Of a DNA stretch of 37,085 nt, positions 9,259 through 18,457 are shown piece after piece. Position 1 is the first letter of the stretch. Each line of letters begins with the position of its first letter. A program made the translations under genes and the position numbers. Under the pieces are notes generated by a model. It was not told the origin of the DNA, ran no database searches, and saw nothing but the letters and a program-made list of their open reading frames with translations. This DNA comes from Chromatiales bacterium (GTDB lineage Bacteria > Pseudomonadota > Gammaproteobacteria > SZUA-152): the NCBI GenBank assembly GCA_026999335.1, contig JALTPW010000085.1, positions 1 through 37,085 on the forward strand. The letters are read 5' to 3'.

Positions 9259-11426
9259 GATAGAACCTTTTTGTTGATAAACCGGCCGGCACGTTTACGC
9301 TCACGACGAATTTCCGGTTTAAGAACCTGCTCCGCCATCGCTCTGGCTGCGCGCCTGTCCTGCAAAGGCGTCTGAAAATTCTGCACGATTTGCACATCGC
9401 CTTTACCGCGTCCACCTCCCAGAACCTCATCGATGAGCTGCCGGCTGTAAGAAAGAAAATCTTGCTTCGGCGCGACGATCTCGGGCGATGTGCGTGGATT
9501 CTCGCCGATGAGCGCCAGGGTCGGGCGTGTTACAATGCCGCCATCCGCCATAGCGGCAATTTGCCCGCGTGCGGCGGTCAGGAGTCCAGAAGCAACAGCA
9601 AGAGGGGCAGCCTTTGCAAGAGCTTCCCCAAGTCCGAACACCCCTTTCATAACCGCATCAAGTATTGTCTTGATTTTCGCAAGAACTATATACCTGTTCA
9701 GGGCGTCGACCACTGTCAGCAGGATTTCTTTCATTGCGGCCCGCAGGCGAGTCGTTCCTTCCGCCACCGGATCAAAAGCATCTGTAAAATAAAAAGCAAT
9801 GTTTTCTGTCGCGTTTCTAATAAAACTAACTATATCTGTAACTGTGTAGCGAAGTTGACTCATTCTTTCTTCAAAATCGTCGAAGAATTCTGCTCTTTCC
9901 AGTTGTTGCGGAAGTATTTTTTTTACGTCAGTACGGATTTTTATACTGTGTTTTTCAGTTTGGGCAGCAGCTCTTTCGCGTTCTGCATTTAATAGAGATT
10001 CCTGCCTCAAAAGTTCCTTATGTAAATTCAGCCACTCGTTGGACCATTTTGTAAAATCGTTTCGCCTTTGACGTAGGTAAGCAATATACTGTTCCCGACT
10101 TATTTTATTCGTTTCAAACTGAAAACGGATATGGTTATCTGCTCGCTCTTTTGCAGCCCTAGTTTCTTGCCTAGCTGCGGCTTCAAATTTCTCAGCATTT
10201 TGCTTTTGATGTTTTTGGATCATATCGCCAGTTAATTCGAGCTGGCGGGCCAACTCGGCTAATCGAGCGCGACGAAAAGCACTACGCTGTGATGCCATAC
10301 GTAAAGCGAGCAGCTCTTCCTCTGTTGCCTGGCCTTCAAGGGCTCTTTTCCTGCGTTGTGCAATTCTATCTTCCTCTTGCTGCAACCTTTGTTGTTCTAT
10401 AGTCAGTTCAAGCCATTGTTTTTGCAGTTGTTGTAGATTCATCTGCGCAGCTTCTTCGCGAAATTTTTTTAAAGAGTCTGTAGCATCGCTAGTAACGCTC
10501 TGGAATAACCCAAATGCACTAATAACAAGGGTTATCCCCGCGACAATCCAGCCTACAGGCCCCATGGCTGGTTTAAGTGCTGTAAGTGCCCCGCCAAAAA
10601 GTTTTAATGCTGCTGCAGCTACTATAACTGCAGCAGCAAAATTTCGAACGTGTGGCGGGGATTCCGCAAAAAACTTTGCTAATAGTGTCAATTTTGAAAT
10701 AACCGGGCCCACGAGTTCCTGGAAAAGCTTCCCGAAGGCAACGGACAAACTCCTTGTCTGTGCAGCCAGTTTAGCCTGCTGACCGGCTGCTGAATTGGCG
10801 AGCTTGGTCAGATCGCCAACCTGGCCCTGGGTTTCGCGCATCAGACCGTTAACTTCGGCCTGAATTTTTTCCTGCAGAGTGAGTTGCTTAACACCTTTGC
10901 CGATCTGCTTCGCGTACTCTGCCCACATGACCGATACATTTTTGGTTACACCGGCATTGTCCACCAGGATTGAGTTCTCATTTTTCAATCCCTCGCTCGC
11001 AGACTTAACCGCTTCCCCGAGACTGAGAGAAGACTGCCGTCCAAAAGCTGCAGCATTCGACAGACGATTTAAAGCTTGTACTGCCTGTTCTAAATTATAG
11101 CCACGGGCGAGCAGATTTTTCAACGCCATGCTTGCATCCGAAACATCCAGCAGGCCGAGCTTGACAGCCTCGAGTTCTCGCACGGCTTTGTCCGCCCCCT
11201 GGATGCCTTTAAATTCTGCAACAGACTGCAAACCCATCAAGCCACTGGTTGCCTGGTTCGCGGCTTCGTTTATGCGTTTCAGAAACAGGGTTATCCCTGC
11301 GCCGGCGATCGCGTTGTTGATCGTTAGAAAGGCCTTTTTCACTTCCTGCGCTTTGCTGCGCAGTTGTCGTGAAAACTGCTCTCCACCTTTGAGGCGTAAA
11401 TAGCCAACCAGTTCTTGCTGTGCCAT
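9255..11426 (-). CDS. Tail tape measure protein (TP901-family core)
   Basis: 723 aa. The N-terminal region (...AFGRQSSLSLGEAVKSASEGLKNENSILVDNAGVTKNVSVMWAEYAKQIGK...) matches the TP901-type TMP core pattern. It also has central hydrophobic segments and a long coiled-coil Q/E/R-rich stretch. It lies downstream of the chaperone pair. Confidence 0.85.
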   Translation of the reverse strand: MAQQELVGYLRLKGGEQFSRQLRSKAQEVKKAFLTINNAIAGAGITLFLKRINEAANQATSGLMGLQSVAEFKGIQGADKAVRELEAVKLGLLDVSDASMALKNLLARGYNLEQAVQALNRLSNAAAFGRQSSLSLGEAVKSASEGLKNENSILVDNAGVTKNVSVMWAEYAKQIGKGVKQLTLQEKIQAEVNGLMRETQGQVGDLTKLANSAAGQQAKLAAQTRSLSVAFGKLFQELVGPVISKLTLLAKFFAESPPHVRNFAAAVIVAAAALKLFGGALTALKPAMGPVGWIVAGITLVISAFGLFQSVTSDATDSLKKFREEAAQMNLQQLQKQWLELTIEQQRLQQEEDRIAQRRKRALEGQATEEELLALRMASQRSAFRRARLAELARQLELTGDMIQKHQKQNAEKFEAAARQETRAAKERADNHIRFQFETNKISREQYIAYLRQRRNDFTKWSNEWLNLHKELLRQESLLNAERERAAAQTEKHSIKIRTDVKKILPQQLERAEFFDDFEERMSQLRYTVTDIVSFIRNATENIAFYFTDAFDPVAEGTTRLRAAMKEILLTVVDALNRYIVLAKIKTILDAVMKGVFGLGEALAKAAPLAVASGLLTAARGQIAAMADGGIVTRPTLALIGENPRTSPEIVAPKQDFLSYSRQLIDEVLGGGRGKGDVQIVQNFQTPLQDRRAARAMAEQVLKPEIRRERKRAGRFINKKVLS

Positions 11427-11427
11427 A

Positions 11428-11718
11428 TCAGCCTTTGTCTTTTTGTTCTCTCCGGCGTAATTCCTCCGGAGAAACTTTTACTTTCTGCACACTAAATCCA
11501 CCCGGTACGGCAGCAGCCGCAACCGGTGCAGAAACGGTTTGCTGTTCTTTTTGTGCCGGCGTTTCCTGCAGCTCAGCACCATGCAGTGCTGCCAGTATGC
11601 GCAACTCATTTTCCTGCTTTTCGCGCGCCAGAAAAACCCACTCAAGAGCGTCGCGAATACGCATTTTCATCGCCACCGGAATCGCGGTTATATCTCCTTG
11701 CGTTAGTTCGAAAATCAA
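11428..11718 (-). CDS. Tail assembly chaperone, T-like part (possibly expressed as a -1 frameshift extension of the upstream ORF)
   Basis: It lies in the -1 frame relative to 11715..12116. The annotated start is TTG. That frame stays open from the A-run at 11745..11750 through to this ORF. The position between tail tube and tape measure is canonical. Confidence 0.5.
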   Translation of the reverse strand: MIFELTQGDITAIPVAMKMRIRDALEWVFLAREKQENELRILAALHGAELQETPAQKEQQTVSAPVAAAAVPGGFSVQKVKVSPEELRRREQKDKG

Positions 11719-12116
11719 CCTTTTGTGGAGGCTGACTCGGCGGCTTTTTTGTCCGTTTCCGCCGGCTGTTCTGGTGGCAGGAAATAACTGTATAGCTTTT
11801 GCATCCAGCCGGCGTTTTTGTGCAAAAAATCCTCAATCACCTCCATTACTGCAGATGATTTAACCATCGCGACCTGCTGTTCGATTTCTTTGCATTTACT
11901 TTCGTCGAATTCCTCTCCAGCCGGCACCAGGACGACAGAGAGAAAGCGGCGCAACAATTTTTTTTCACCAAGGCTTTTAGCCAATGAGAAAACATTTATC
12001 TCGCCACCGAGCAAAACAGCATCACTTTCCAACAAAGCGATAATTTCCGCTATGAGCTCATCCTGAGCAACCGTCAATTCATCAACAACATATTCTTGCC
12101 CGTTTATTTTGACCAT
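11715..12116 (-). CDS. Tail assembly chaperone, G-like
   Basis: 133-aa acidic protein directly between the tail tube gene and the tape measure gene, with a 1-nt overlap with the tube stop. Confidence 0.55.
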   Translation of the reverse strand: MVKINGQEYVVDELTVAQDELIAEIIALLESDAVLLGGEINVFSLAKSLGEKKLLRRFLSVVLVPAGEEFDESKCKEIEQQVAMVKSSAVMEVIEDFLHKNAGWMQKLYSYFLPPEQPAETDKKAAESASTKG

Positions 12117-12673
12117 TATGCTGATGCTCCTTCAATCTCGATTTTTCCGTATTTATTTGAGTTGGCCGGGTCTTGCACACATTGAAATTCAACTGGAATA
12201 TAGCGCTCATTTTTATATGTGAATGTTTGCTGATAAGCCGCGCGAACCTTGACTTTATAGAAAGTGAAGATGTCATAAAGCGTCGCGGTGGTAACCTGTG
12301 GTACTTTCAGCCGCAAAGCCTTATATACGGGTGCCCGGTATCCACCAATGTCCACCTGCAGATTCGGTGGGGTGGCGGTTGTGTTGTCGGTCACGTCTGT
12401 CGTGTCTTGCCCAAAGGCGAGCGCCAAATGCGTCGCTTTCATTTCCTGCAGGGCACACTTAATCGTTAACCGCTGTGGGCCAATATCGAAAATCTCATCA
12501 ATAGTCGGCTCCTGGGCGTTACCGATCTCTTTCTCAGTCGTTTCATACGAGATCTCAATGCCATCCTCAGAAGTTTTCCCCAGATCGGTCGGGCTTGAAA
12601 AATTACCCCCGACAGCATCAAGTTCGACATTTGCTGCGCGGATGCGAATTCTGTTGGAAATGGTCGTTGCCAT
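12116..12673 (-). CDS. Major tail tube protein (siphovirus-type)
   Basis: 185 aa, immediately upstream of the chaperone pair and tape measure. Composition and size are typical. The call is positional. Confidence 0.6.
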   Translation of the reverse strand: MATTISNRIRIRAANVELDAVGGNFSSPTDLGKTSEDGIEISYETTEKEIGNAQEPTIDEIFDIGPQRLTIKCALQEMKATHLALAFGQDTTDVTDNTTATPPNLQVDIGGYRAPVYKALRLKVPQVTTATLYDIFTFYKVKVRAAYQQTFTYKNERYIPVEFQCVQDPANSNKYGKIEIEGASA

Positions 12674-12676
12674 CTG

Positions 12677-12877
12677 TTAATCCTCCAATATTTTCAGGTA
12701 TGGCTGGTTTTTCTGTAGCTCTGTGAGATGGGCACGCGCGACGAGTACAGGCTCGTCAAGGCGGAGGTCATACCTGACTCCGTCGACCTCGTGGATGGCA
12801 CGACCATACTCATTGTTTCGTCCGAGCACCACACGGACGAATTCTGCCTTTGTCTGCTCTTTTTTCTTTTCTTTCAT
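12677..12877 (-). CDS. Hypothetical small protein
   Basis: 66-aa ORF packed between the tail-completion and tube genes. Confidence 0.45.
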   Translation of the reverse strand: MKEKKKEQTKAEFVRVVLGRNNEYGRAIHEVDGVRYDLRLDEPVLVARAHLTELQKNQPYLKILED

Positions 12878-12886
12878 TATAGTGCC

Positions 12887-13369
12887 CTATTTTAAGGTCA
12901 GCATGTTATCGTGGAACTGCACCATTACACGCAAGGTGAGCCTCTCTCCAACGTACCATGTCGAGTTCCCCACAATCCCCTCAACATGCTCATACTTCTC
13001 AATCTCTGTGTCCTCTCCATACCCGGTTATGCCACTTGGGTAAGATGTACAGACCAATTCCGGATTGCGTAAGATGACCTGTTCTACCAGCCGCGCCTTT
13101 TTGTCGGCTACCTCTTCCGCCGTCCGCCAAACGTTACTTGTGCCGGGACGATTTGAAACCTGCACTAGAACGACCAGGTCGGCACGGGCGATAAAGGCAC
13201 CGTAGCGTTCGTTCTGCTGAATTGTCTCCCGGCCTTTTCGCTTTAGAACAACACAGGGACTCTTCATGCCCTCATGTTCGTTACAAAGAACAGTCACCCC
13301 CTCAAGCAATTTCCCTGTACCGGTCTCTGCCGTCAGGATTTCATCCAGAGCCGTGATCAGTTCGTTCAT
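12887..13369 (-). CDS. Tail terminator / tail completion protein (positional)
   Basis: 160 aa, following the HK97 gp10-like gene with a 4-nt overlap, at the usual position of a gpU/gp11-like terminator. Confidence 0.45.
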   Translation of the reverse strand: MNELITALDEILTAETGTGKLLEGVTVLCNEHEGMKSPCVVLKRKGRETIQQNERYGAFIARADLVVLVQVSNRPGTSNVWRTAEEVADKKARLVEQVILRNPELVCTSYPSGITGYGEDTEIEKYEHVEGIVGNSTWYVGERLTLRVMVQFHDNMLTLK

Positions 13370-13815
13370 TCGAAAATTCTCTTCGCCAGTTTGGGCTGTT
13401 CTTCCTCAAACGCCGCTTTTAAGAAAGGTCGGCCGCGTATTCCTTTTTGCCGTACGCGCTTAACCGGATGTGCCGCTCCTGGCCAGAACAACGCCTTTTT
13501 CCCCCTCGGGAATATCTCAATCTCGCGCTGTTCCGGGCCGAAAATGCCGGTGCCTTCATGGACGAAAATCGCGTATTTCGCCGTAAATTTGACCTCGCCG
13601 ACAATGTTAAACCCGGAACCGGAAAAACCGGATGTCCCTGAGTTTTGCAAGTTTCCAGTTTTTCGCGGCGCTTTGCGTACAGCGGCTGCCTCGATGAGCA
13701 GCGTAGTCTGTTTAACCGCCTTCTCAGCCTTTTTCTCAACCCGAGCAGGCAAACGCCGAAAATCCCGGTCGTCCAAATCCAGAAAAACGACCGGGAAAGC
13801 CTCTTTTTTGGCCAT
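13366..13815 (-). CDS. Head-tail joining protein, HK97 gp10-like
   Basis: ORF 13366..14013 trimmed to ATG 13815 (MAKKEAF...), which forms a TAATG overlap with the upstream stop. The sequence ...VKFTAKYAIFVHEGTGIFGP...GRPFLKAAFEE resembles the HK97 gp10 family signature (YA..vE.GT ... PFl..A). Confidence 0.6.
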   Translation of the reverse strand: MAKKEAFPVVFLDLDDRDFRRLPARVEKKAEKAVKQTTLLIEAAAVRKAPRKTGNLQNSGTSGFSGSGFNIVGEVKFTAKYAIFVHEGTGIFGPEQREIEIFPRGKKALFWPGAAHPVKRVRQKGIRGRPFLKAAFEEEQPKLAKRIFE

Positions 13816-14153
13816 TATGTTTCCTGGGACCAAATAGGTTTCCAGAACATGCGATACGCAACCTGACTTGCTGCAAAAGCAGTAGTGATAAATGGCACAA
13901 GGTCTGTGTATGATACACCTGCATAAAGAGCACCACCTGCGCCTGTTATGGCTGAAGCCAGCATAGCGATAGCAAAACGCATCGTCTCGCTCTTCACTTT
14001 TGTTTTCAACCATTTCAGGCTGTATGGCAAGACCGCGCTCAGGACGGTTACCAGGCTGACCGGGAAAAAAGTGTCAGTGCCTGCGCTTCCTTGTGCCAGC
14101 GCCAGACCAGGAACTGCGAAAAAAAGCAGAAACAGAAAAATATAGCGTTGCAT
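13815..14153 (-). CDS. Multi-pass membrane protein with signal-like N-terminus (holin candidate or moron)
   Basis: 112 aa. MQRYIFLFLLFFAVPGLALAQG is followed by three further hydrophobic segments. This is unusual inside the connector gene block. Confidence 0.5.
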   Translation of the reverse strand: MQRYIFLFLLFFAVPGLALAQGSAGTDTFFPVSLVTVLSAVLPYSLKWLKTKVKSETMRFAIAMLASAITGAGGALYAGVSYTDLVPFITTAFAASQVAYRMFWKPIWSQET

Positions 14154-14164
14154 ACCATCACCTC

Positions 14165-14677
14165 TTAAGGTTTGTTTTCTGGATAATTATCATCGATCGC
14201 GTCGCCATCATCATCGTAGGCGAAACTGCGCCCAGGCCCGGGAGACCCGAAACCGTTGTCTCCCGTAAGCCATTCCGCAACAGCTTTTTCAGCCATTTGG
14301 ACATAAAGCGTCTGCGCCTGTTCCAGCTGGTCAGGACGCAGATACCGATAGGTCGTTTCGCCGATGGTGCCCTCCTGGGTTACGCCCGCCGCGTTTGAGC
14401 CATATACCTGCATAACGGTATTCCAACTCTGCATGCCGGCGGCAAGAGTCAGATACGCCTCCGCATCAGCCATAGCCGCGGTTTCCTCTTGCGCAGTGGA
14501 ATAGTCTCTCGGAGAACCGAGAGTTGCGGCTTCTGTTTCTGCGGTGGTATAGGCAGTATCACCGACCCAGTTTTTCAGTCGTGCTTTTGCCGTACGTAAG
14601 TGCGGCGTGATCGCGGCATCACCAAGAGCAGCAGGCAAATTCCCGACAGTGCGGACATGGGCTTCATCAGCGATCAT
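14165..14677 (-). CDS. Head-tail connector / adaptor protein (gp6-like, positional)
   Basis: 170-aa alanine-rich protein downstream of the capsid gene, at the typical position and size for a head completion adaptor. Confidence 0.45.
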   Translation of the reverse strand: MIADEAHVRTVGNLPAALGDAAITPHLRTAKARLKNWVGDTAYTTAETEAATLGSPRDYSTAQEETAAMADAEAYLTLAAGMQSWNTVMQVYGSNAAGVTQEGTIGETTYRYLRPDQLEQAQTLYVQMAEKAVAEWLTGDNGFGSPGPGRSFAYDDDGDAIDDNYPENKP

Positions 14678-14680
14678 GGT

Positions 14681-14935
14681 TTATTTTTGCTCCGGTTTTT
14701 CTTGTCCTGTCCCCTCGCCTTGTGTGTCATTTGCCCTTTGTCCTTGCGCTTTCACTTCGACCAAGTCTCCGCCGCTGATGAGCGCCTCGACAAAACCTGT
14801 ACGAGGTACTTCGAGGTATTTTTTGCCTTTCGGATACTTTGCCGCGGAAATCATCACGCCGCTTTCCCGATCGACAAATCCCAAATTCCCTCTGATCAGC
14901 TCAGGCTTTAAGCTGACTTTAATTTTTTTCGCCAT
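14681..14935 (-). CDS. Hypothetical small protein
   Basis: 84-aa ORF, the first gene after the capsid-proximal stem-loop. Confidence 0.45.
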   Translation of the reverse strand: MAKKIKVSLKPELIRGNLGFVDRESGVMISAAKYPKGKKYLEVPRTGFVEALISGGDLVEVKAQGQRANDTQGEGTGQEKPEQK

Positions 14936-14957
14936 TGCTTGTTTCCTCCATATTTAG

Positions 14958-14985
14958 TTCAGAGCCGGCCCGGGCCAGCCCTGAA
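14958..14985 (-). promoter_or_regulatory. GC-rich stem-loop just downstream of the major capsid gene (attenuator or mRNA-stabilising hairpin)
   Basis: ttcagagccggcc-cgg-gccagccctgaa gives about 12 bp of pairing on the minus-strand RNA, including two G-U pairs. No U-tract follows, so it is not a classic terminator. Confidence 0.4.
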
Positions 14986-15017
14986 CCTTATTTATGCGCT
15001 TCCGGTTGGTTTTTCTT

Positions 15018-16151
15018 TTAGCTGTAATCCCACACTCCGGCGGCATCGGCGATGATCTTCGCATATCCGACTACGGTTGAGATAGCAAGCTCTTCCCACT
15101 GGCCGTCGATCACTTTGTCCGTCTCCGTAAGTGTTGCGCCGGACTGAACGATACGTTCAAGAGCGAATCGCTCATCCACACCAACCATTTTGCTGGCCAA
15201 TACGGATGCTGTTTCCGGATCATGTCGCTTCATCGTAGCTCCCATCGGCGAAATTAGCCGGCCCTCAGTCAGAAACTCCGAGAAAATGCGGCTGTCTTTG
15301 AACTCCGAAAGCTTCAATACGGCGCCGAGACCGGCCTCCGGCAGGATGACAACGCGGAAAGAATACGGGTCGAATTTCAGGAAGAAATCAACCATATTAT
15401 TATAGGTCAAACCCGTGGCGGCAAAAGTGAATGCCGGATTGCTTTGTCCAGTGTTGCCGTTCATCAGAATGTCGAGCGCATCAGCAGCTTTGTCCTGTGC
15501 CATTTTCCAGCCCACGAGGCGCAGGAAAACAGCCATTTTGTTTACGCGAATGCCGCGCAAATGCTCATACGTTTGCGAGATCAGGATAGCGTGTTTGCGC
15601 AACGTGACCGTTTTATCCGAAAGCGTGATGCTCACGCGCGGGAATTTTGTTCCTTGCGGCACGATCTTCATATTCACGTCGCTGGTCAGATCGACGATCG
15701 CGTTCTCGTACGTCATGGAATCGATCTCCGTTTCTGTCGCGATGATATCATCATCCCGCAGAGTCACATCGCTGAGCAGTTCCCCCATGCGCACCTGCCG
15801 ATCAATAAATTCAGGGAAAAGTACGGAACTGTCCGGTGTGTCGTAAAACTCTTCCAATTTTACGGCGGCTCGGCCGGCGACGCTGAGTCCGCGTGCGGCG
15901 AGTTGGCGCTCGAAGGCATCCAGACCAACACCGGGGTAGTTTTCAGATGGGTCTTCGCGCTCGAGAATTTCCGTCAGGCTGACTCCTTCTTTTGCGGCCT
16001 GCTTATACATGCCGCGCTCTACGTTCAAGCGTTTGAAGGTGGTTTTCTTAACGCCGGGAAAAGCCTGTCGGTTGACCTCTGCCGCCAGAGCACGCAGGTC
16101 AATCCCAGCCGCCTGGGCATGAGCAAGCAACTGTTCAATTGTATAAGGCAT
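15018..16151 (-). CDS. Major capsid protein
   Basis: 377 aa, following the protease/scaffold and a small decoration-like gene in the lambda-like order portal-protease-D-E, and followed by a strong hairpin. The family assignment (lambda gpE-like or HK97-fold) is not verified. Confidence 0.7.
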   Translation of the reverse strand: MPYTIEQLLAHAQAAGIDLRALAAEVNRQAFPGVKKTTFKRLNVERGMYKQAAKEGVSLTEILEREDPSENYPGVGLDAFERQLAARGLSVAGRAAVKLEEFYDTPDSSVLFPEFIDRQVRMGELLSDVTLRDDDIIATETEIDSMTYENAIVDLTSDVNMKIVPQGTKFPRVSITLSDKTVTLRKHAILISQTYEHLRGIRVNKMAVFLRLVGWKMAQDKAADALDILMNGNTGQSNPAFTFAATGLTYNNMVDFFLKFDPYSFRVVILPEAGLGAVLKLSEFKDSRIFSEFLTEGRLISPMGATMKRHDPETASVLASKMVGVDERFALERIVQSGATLTETDKVIDGQWEELAISTVVGYAKIIADAAGVWDYS

Positions 16152-16213
16152 CGTGCTACTCCTTTGAAGTTTCTGGTTTTCTTTGCTTTGGCTCTTCCCG
16201 TTACTCTTTTCAG

Positions 16214-16582
16214 TCAGCCGAGATCAATCACGCATGTGCTCGCGCTGGTATCGACACTTTCAACAAAATATTCGTGTCCATTTGTCGCATCGACTTGTAC
16301 TGCACCACCTGCGCCACATTCGAGCTTATTCCATGCTCCTGCCGTCGGCGCCGTCCCGGTGTATGTAACAGTTACTAGGCCGCGTACCTGTACCGTTATA
16401 TCCGTCCCGGAAATCGCCTTGATGACACCGCGCAACACTTCATTTGCAGCACCGACCTTGATTTTTCCAGCTGTCATTGATGCGGCTTTGCCTTCGTCGG
16501 TACCCTTCGTAAAGGTGCCGGAACCCTCATAGCCGAGTAGTTCGCTCAGTTGCCCGGAACGATCAAATTTGTTCCATCCCAT
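16214..16582 (-). CDS. Head decoration-like / DUF2190-like small protein
   Basis: 122 aa, Gly/Thr/Val-rich and beta-rich, immediately upstream of the capsid gene, like lambda gpD or DUF2190 proteins. Confidence 0.45.
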   Translation of the reverse strand: MGWNKFDRSGQLSELLGYEGSGTFTKGTDEGKAASMTAGKIKVGAANEVLRGVIKAISGTDITVQVRGLVTVTYTGTAPTAGAWNKLECGAGGAVQVDATNGHEYFVESVDTSASTCVIDLG

Positions 16583-16638
16583 TTTTTACCTCCAGTTTTA
16601 TGGCAGAATTTATTTACATTACAAGTTACAGGGCGACA

Positions 16639-17883
16639 TTAGCCGGCGATGCGGAAATTCCCCGGCTTGATGGCTACGCCATTTTCATGCCCGGCTGGAT
16701 TAGGCTGTTTTTCCACAGACGACCGGCGTTCGACTGATCTGGAACCACAGTCAGCACACCGCAAAGGAAAGGCTTTTTCCAGGCGTTCCCGATATTCTGC
16801 ATCCAGCTCATCGATCTCTGCAAGACCGAATTTTTCCACCATGCCGATCAATTTCGATTCCGGTTCCAACTTCGCGATAGTGGCCTGTAACGCTTCCCGC
16901 CTGGACTTCAGAAACGCATCGAACTGTTTCTCACGCTCTGCCGCTGCCCTCTTTGCCTCGCGCAGTTCCCGGTTTGAGGCCACCAGGCCCTCGACAGCGC
17001 CGGCAAGGCCCTGTTCCGTCAGCTCGTCCTCATCCAGCCCGAGCAGCTCGCGAAGCGTCGCACAGTGTTCTGCATTCAGGATCAGCTTCATGCTGTCACC
17101 TCCATTGTGTTGTTTGCCCGCCTGACCGCTGCTCGATCCCGGCGGTGGATTGTTTTGGTGTAAATTTTGACTGTTAATAAAGTTCTGGTTCATGCGCTCG
17201 ATGATATCCGCCTCTTCATCTGCCCCTTCTGTCACTAGCCCAACATGCCGGTAATCAAGAATCTTCGAGACGATAATGCGTACAATCTCGCCATCAACCT
17301 CCCGGCCGAGCATGTCGAAGAAAGTCCAGGACGGCAAGTCAGGGTGAGATCGTTCGAATTCGAAAATCACTGCAACGCTTACGCTGTCGATCAGTGGCGG
17401 ATCGCTCATTAATTGCCTGGCCTCGTTCGGCGCGAGCTTCCAGTCCAGCAGAACGTCGATGTTGATTCCTGGATAGTTTTGGTCGCCGGTGGCATCTCCC
17501 CACTCCGCACCGGTAACAAAGCCGATCCGGGCCTCAATCTCCTCGGAATGGTTGCGATGGAATTTCAGCATTGTCCGCCGGCTGCCGCCTTTGTCTTTCG
17601 GCAACATAAGGGGAATAGACGCCTGCAGAACACCCGGCCTGGAGAAATCGAGATAATATCCAAATTCCCCAAGATAAGCTGCAGACAGGGCGCGGAATTT
17701 TAGTTTGAGATAATCCTCCGGTTTTGGTTGCAGTTCATCCAGGCTTTGGCACCCCGGCAAATCTTGTTTTGCCTGGGTGCCAAAGATAATCTTTTCCGGC
17801 TGCAGCCGGCCATAAAACAAAGCCTTATTCCCGGCATGCAGGCGAAGATATGCCGGCAAATTGATCCGGTCGCGTTTTTTCAT
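16639..17883 (-). CDS. Prohead protease fused to a scaffold-like coiled-coil C-terminus
   Basis: LKFHRNHSEEIEARIGFVTGAEWGD resembles the HK97-type (S78) protease motif (nH....iG). The C-terminal half is a charged coiled coil (ELREAKRAAAEREKQFDAFLKSRREALQ...). It lies between the portal and capsid genes. Confidence 0.6.
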   Translation of the reverse strand: MKKRDRINLPAYLRLHAGNKALFYGRLQPEKIIFGTQAKQDLPGCQSLDELQPKPEDYLKLKFRALSAAYLGEFGYYLDFSRPGVLQASIPLMLPKDKGGSRRTMLKFHRNHSEEIEARIGFVTGAEWGDATGDQNYPGINIDVLLDWKLAPNEARQLMSDPPLIDSVSVAVIFEFERSHPDLPSWTFFDMLGREVDGEIVRIIVSKILDYRHVGLVTEGADEEADIIERMNQNFINSQNLHQNNPPPGSSSGQAGKQHNGGDSMKLILNAEHCATLRELLGLDEDELTEQGLAGAVEGLVASNRELREAKRAAAEREKQFDAFLKSRREALQATIAKLEPESKLIGMVEKFGLAEIDELDAEYRERLEKAFPLRCADCGSRSVERRSSVEKQPNPAGHENGVAIKPGNFRIAG

Positions 17884-18001
17884 AGGGTTTCCCTTTGTGA
17901 TAAATCAAATCCGGACGCGGCCGCTTGCGCCGATTTCCACAATCACACCGCACCCTGCGTCTTCAGACGTACTGTATTGAGATCGTAGCTCTCAGCGCGT
18001 T

Positions 18002-18457
18002 TTAGCGCGCCATAATTTTTATAGTAATGTTATACCTCCTCGTCTCTCGATCCCCCGCCGGCGGGTTTTCAGGAGCGAAAATAAATTCCGCATACGGTGC
18101 CCCGGGACTGCAAAATACACCTGCATTGTTTACCCGACATGCCCAGACTGTTAGTCTGTATTCTCCCGGCTCGAGCTGTATAGTGCGTGTGATGATCTGC
18201 GATGTATCAGAAGGAATTGCCATTACCACCGGACGCCATGTTTCAGCATAGGGCGCCTTTTTAACGGCAACATCGAACTGAATTTCACTCCAGGGAATGA
18301 CATTCCCGAGTGTATCGATATTTTCCTGCTGCCACGATACAAATAATGTATCCTGAACCACCGGAACCGGAAGAAGCAAGCTGTCCGGGCGCTGTGTGGG
18401 TTCCTGTGCCGCCACGGCGCAGCTTGTCAAAACAACCAATAAAATCAAATTTCGCAT
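18002..18457 (-). CDS. Secreted or lipoprotein moron of unknown function
   Basis: 151 aa. The N-terminus MRNLILLVVLTSCAVAAQEP fits both a lipobox-like LTSC and an AxA-type cleavage site. It sits between the portal-MuF and protease genes, and a 118-bp non-coding gap follows it. Confidence 0.55.
   Translation of the reverse strand: MRNLILLVVLTSCAVAAQEPTQRPDSLLLPVPVVQDTLFVSWQQENIDTLGNVIPWSEIQFDVAVKKAPYAETWRPVVMAIPSDTSQIITRTIQLEPGEYRLTVWACRVNNAGVFCSPGAPYAEFIFAPENPPAGDRETRRYNITIKIMAR

Noticed and set aside
11642-11836. ORF 11642..11836 (minus strand) as the frameshift partner of the G-like chaperone
   Set aside because: It is in the +1 frame relative to the G-like ORF and terminates early. The -1 frame is the one continuous with the 96-aa T-like ORF.
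13816-14013. N-terminal extensions of track ORFs: 13366..14013, 5312..9109, 23539..23964, 27021..27689, 27424..28152, 28880..29866 and 24743..25963
   Set aside because: The extensions overlap upstream genes extensively and have odd Cys/Arg-rich composition. Internal ATGs with good RBSs or ATGA/TAATG coupling give compact gene packing.
17884-18001. Possible small RNA or terminator in the 118-bp gap after the lipoprotein-like ORF
   Set aside because: I found only very short palindromes (cgtct-tc-agacg), with no stable stem plus U-tract and no promoter-like boxes. It is left as unexplained spacer, noted under the moron finding.
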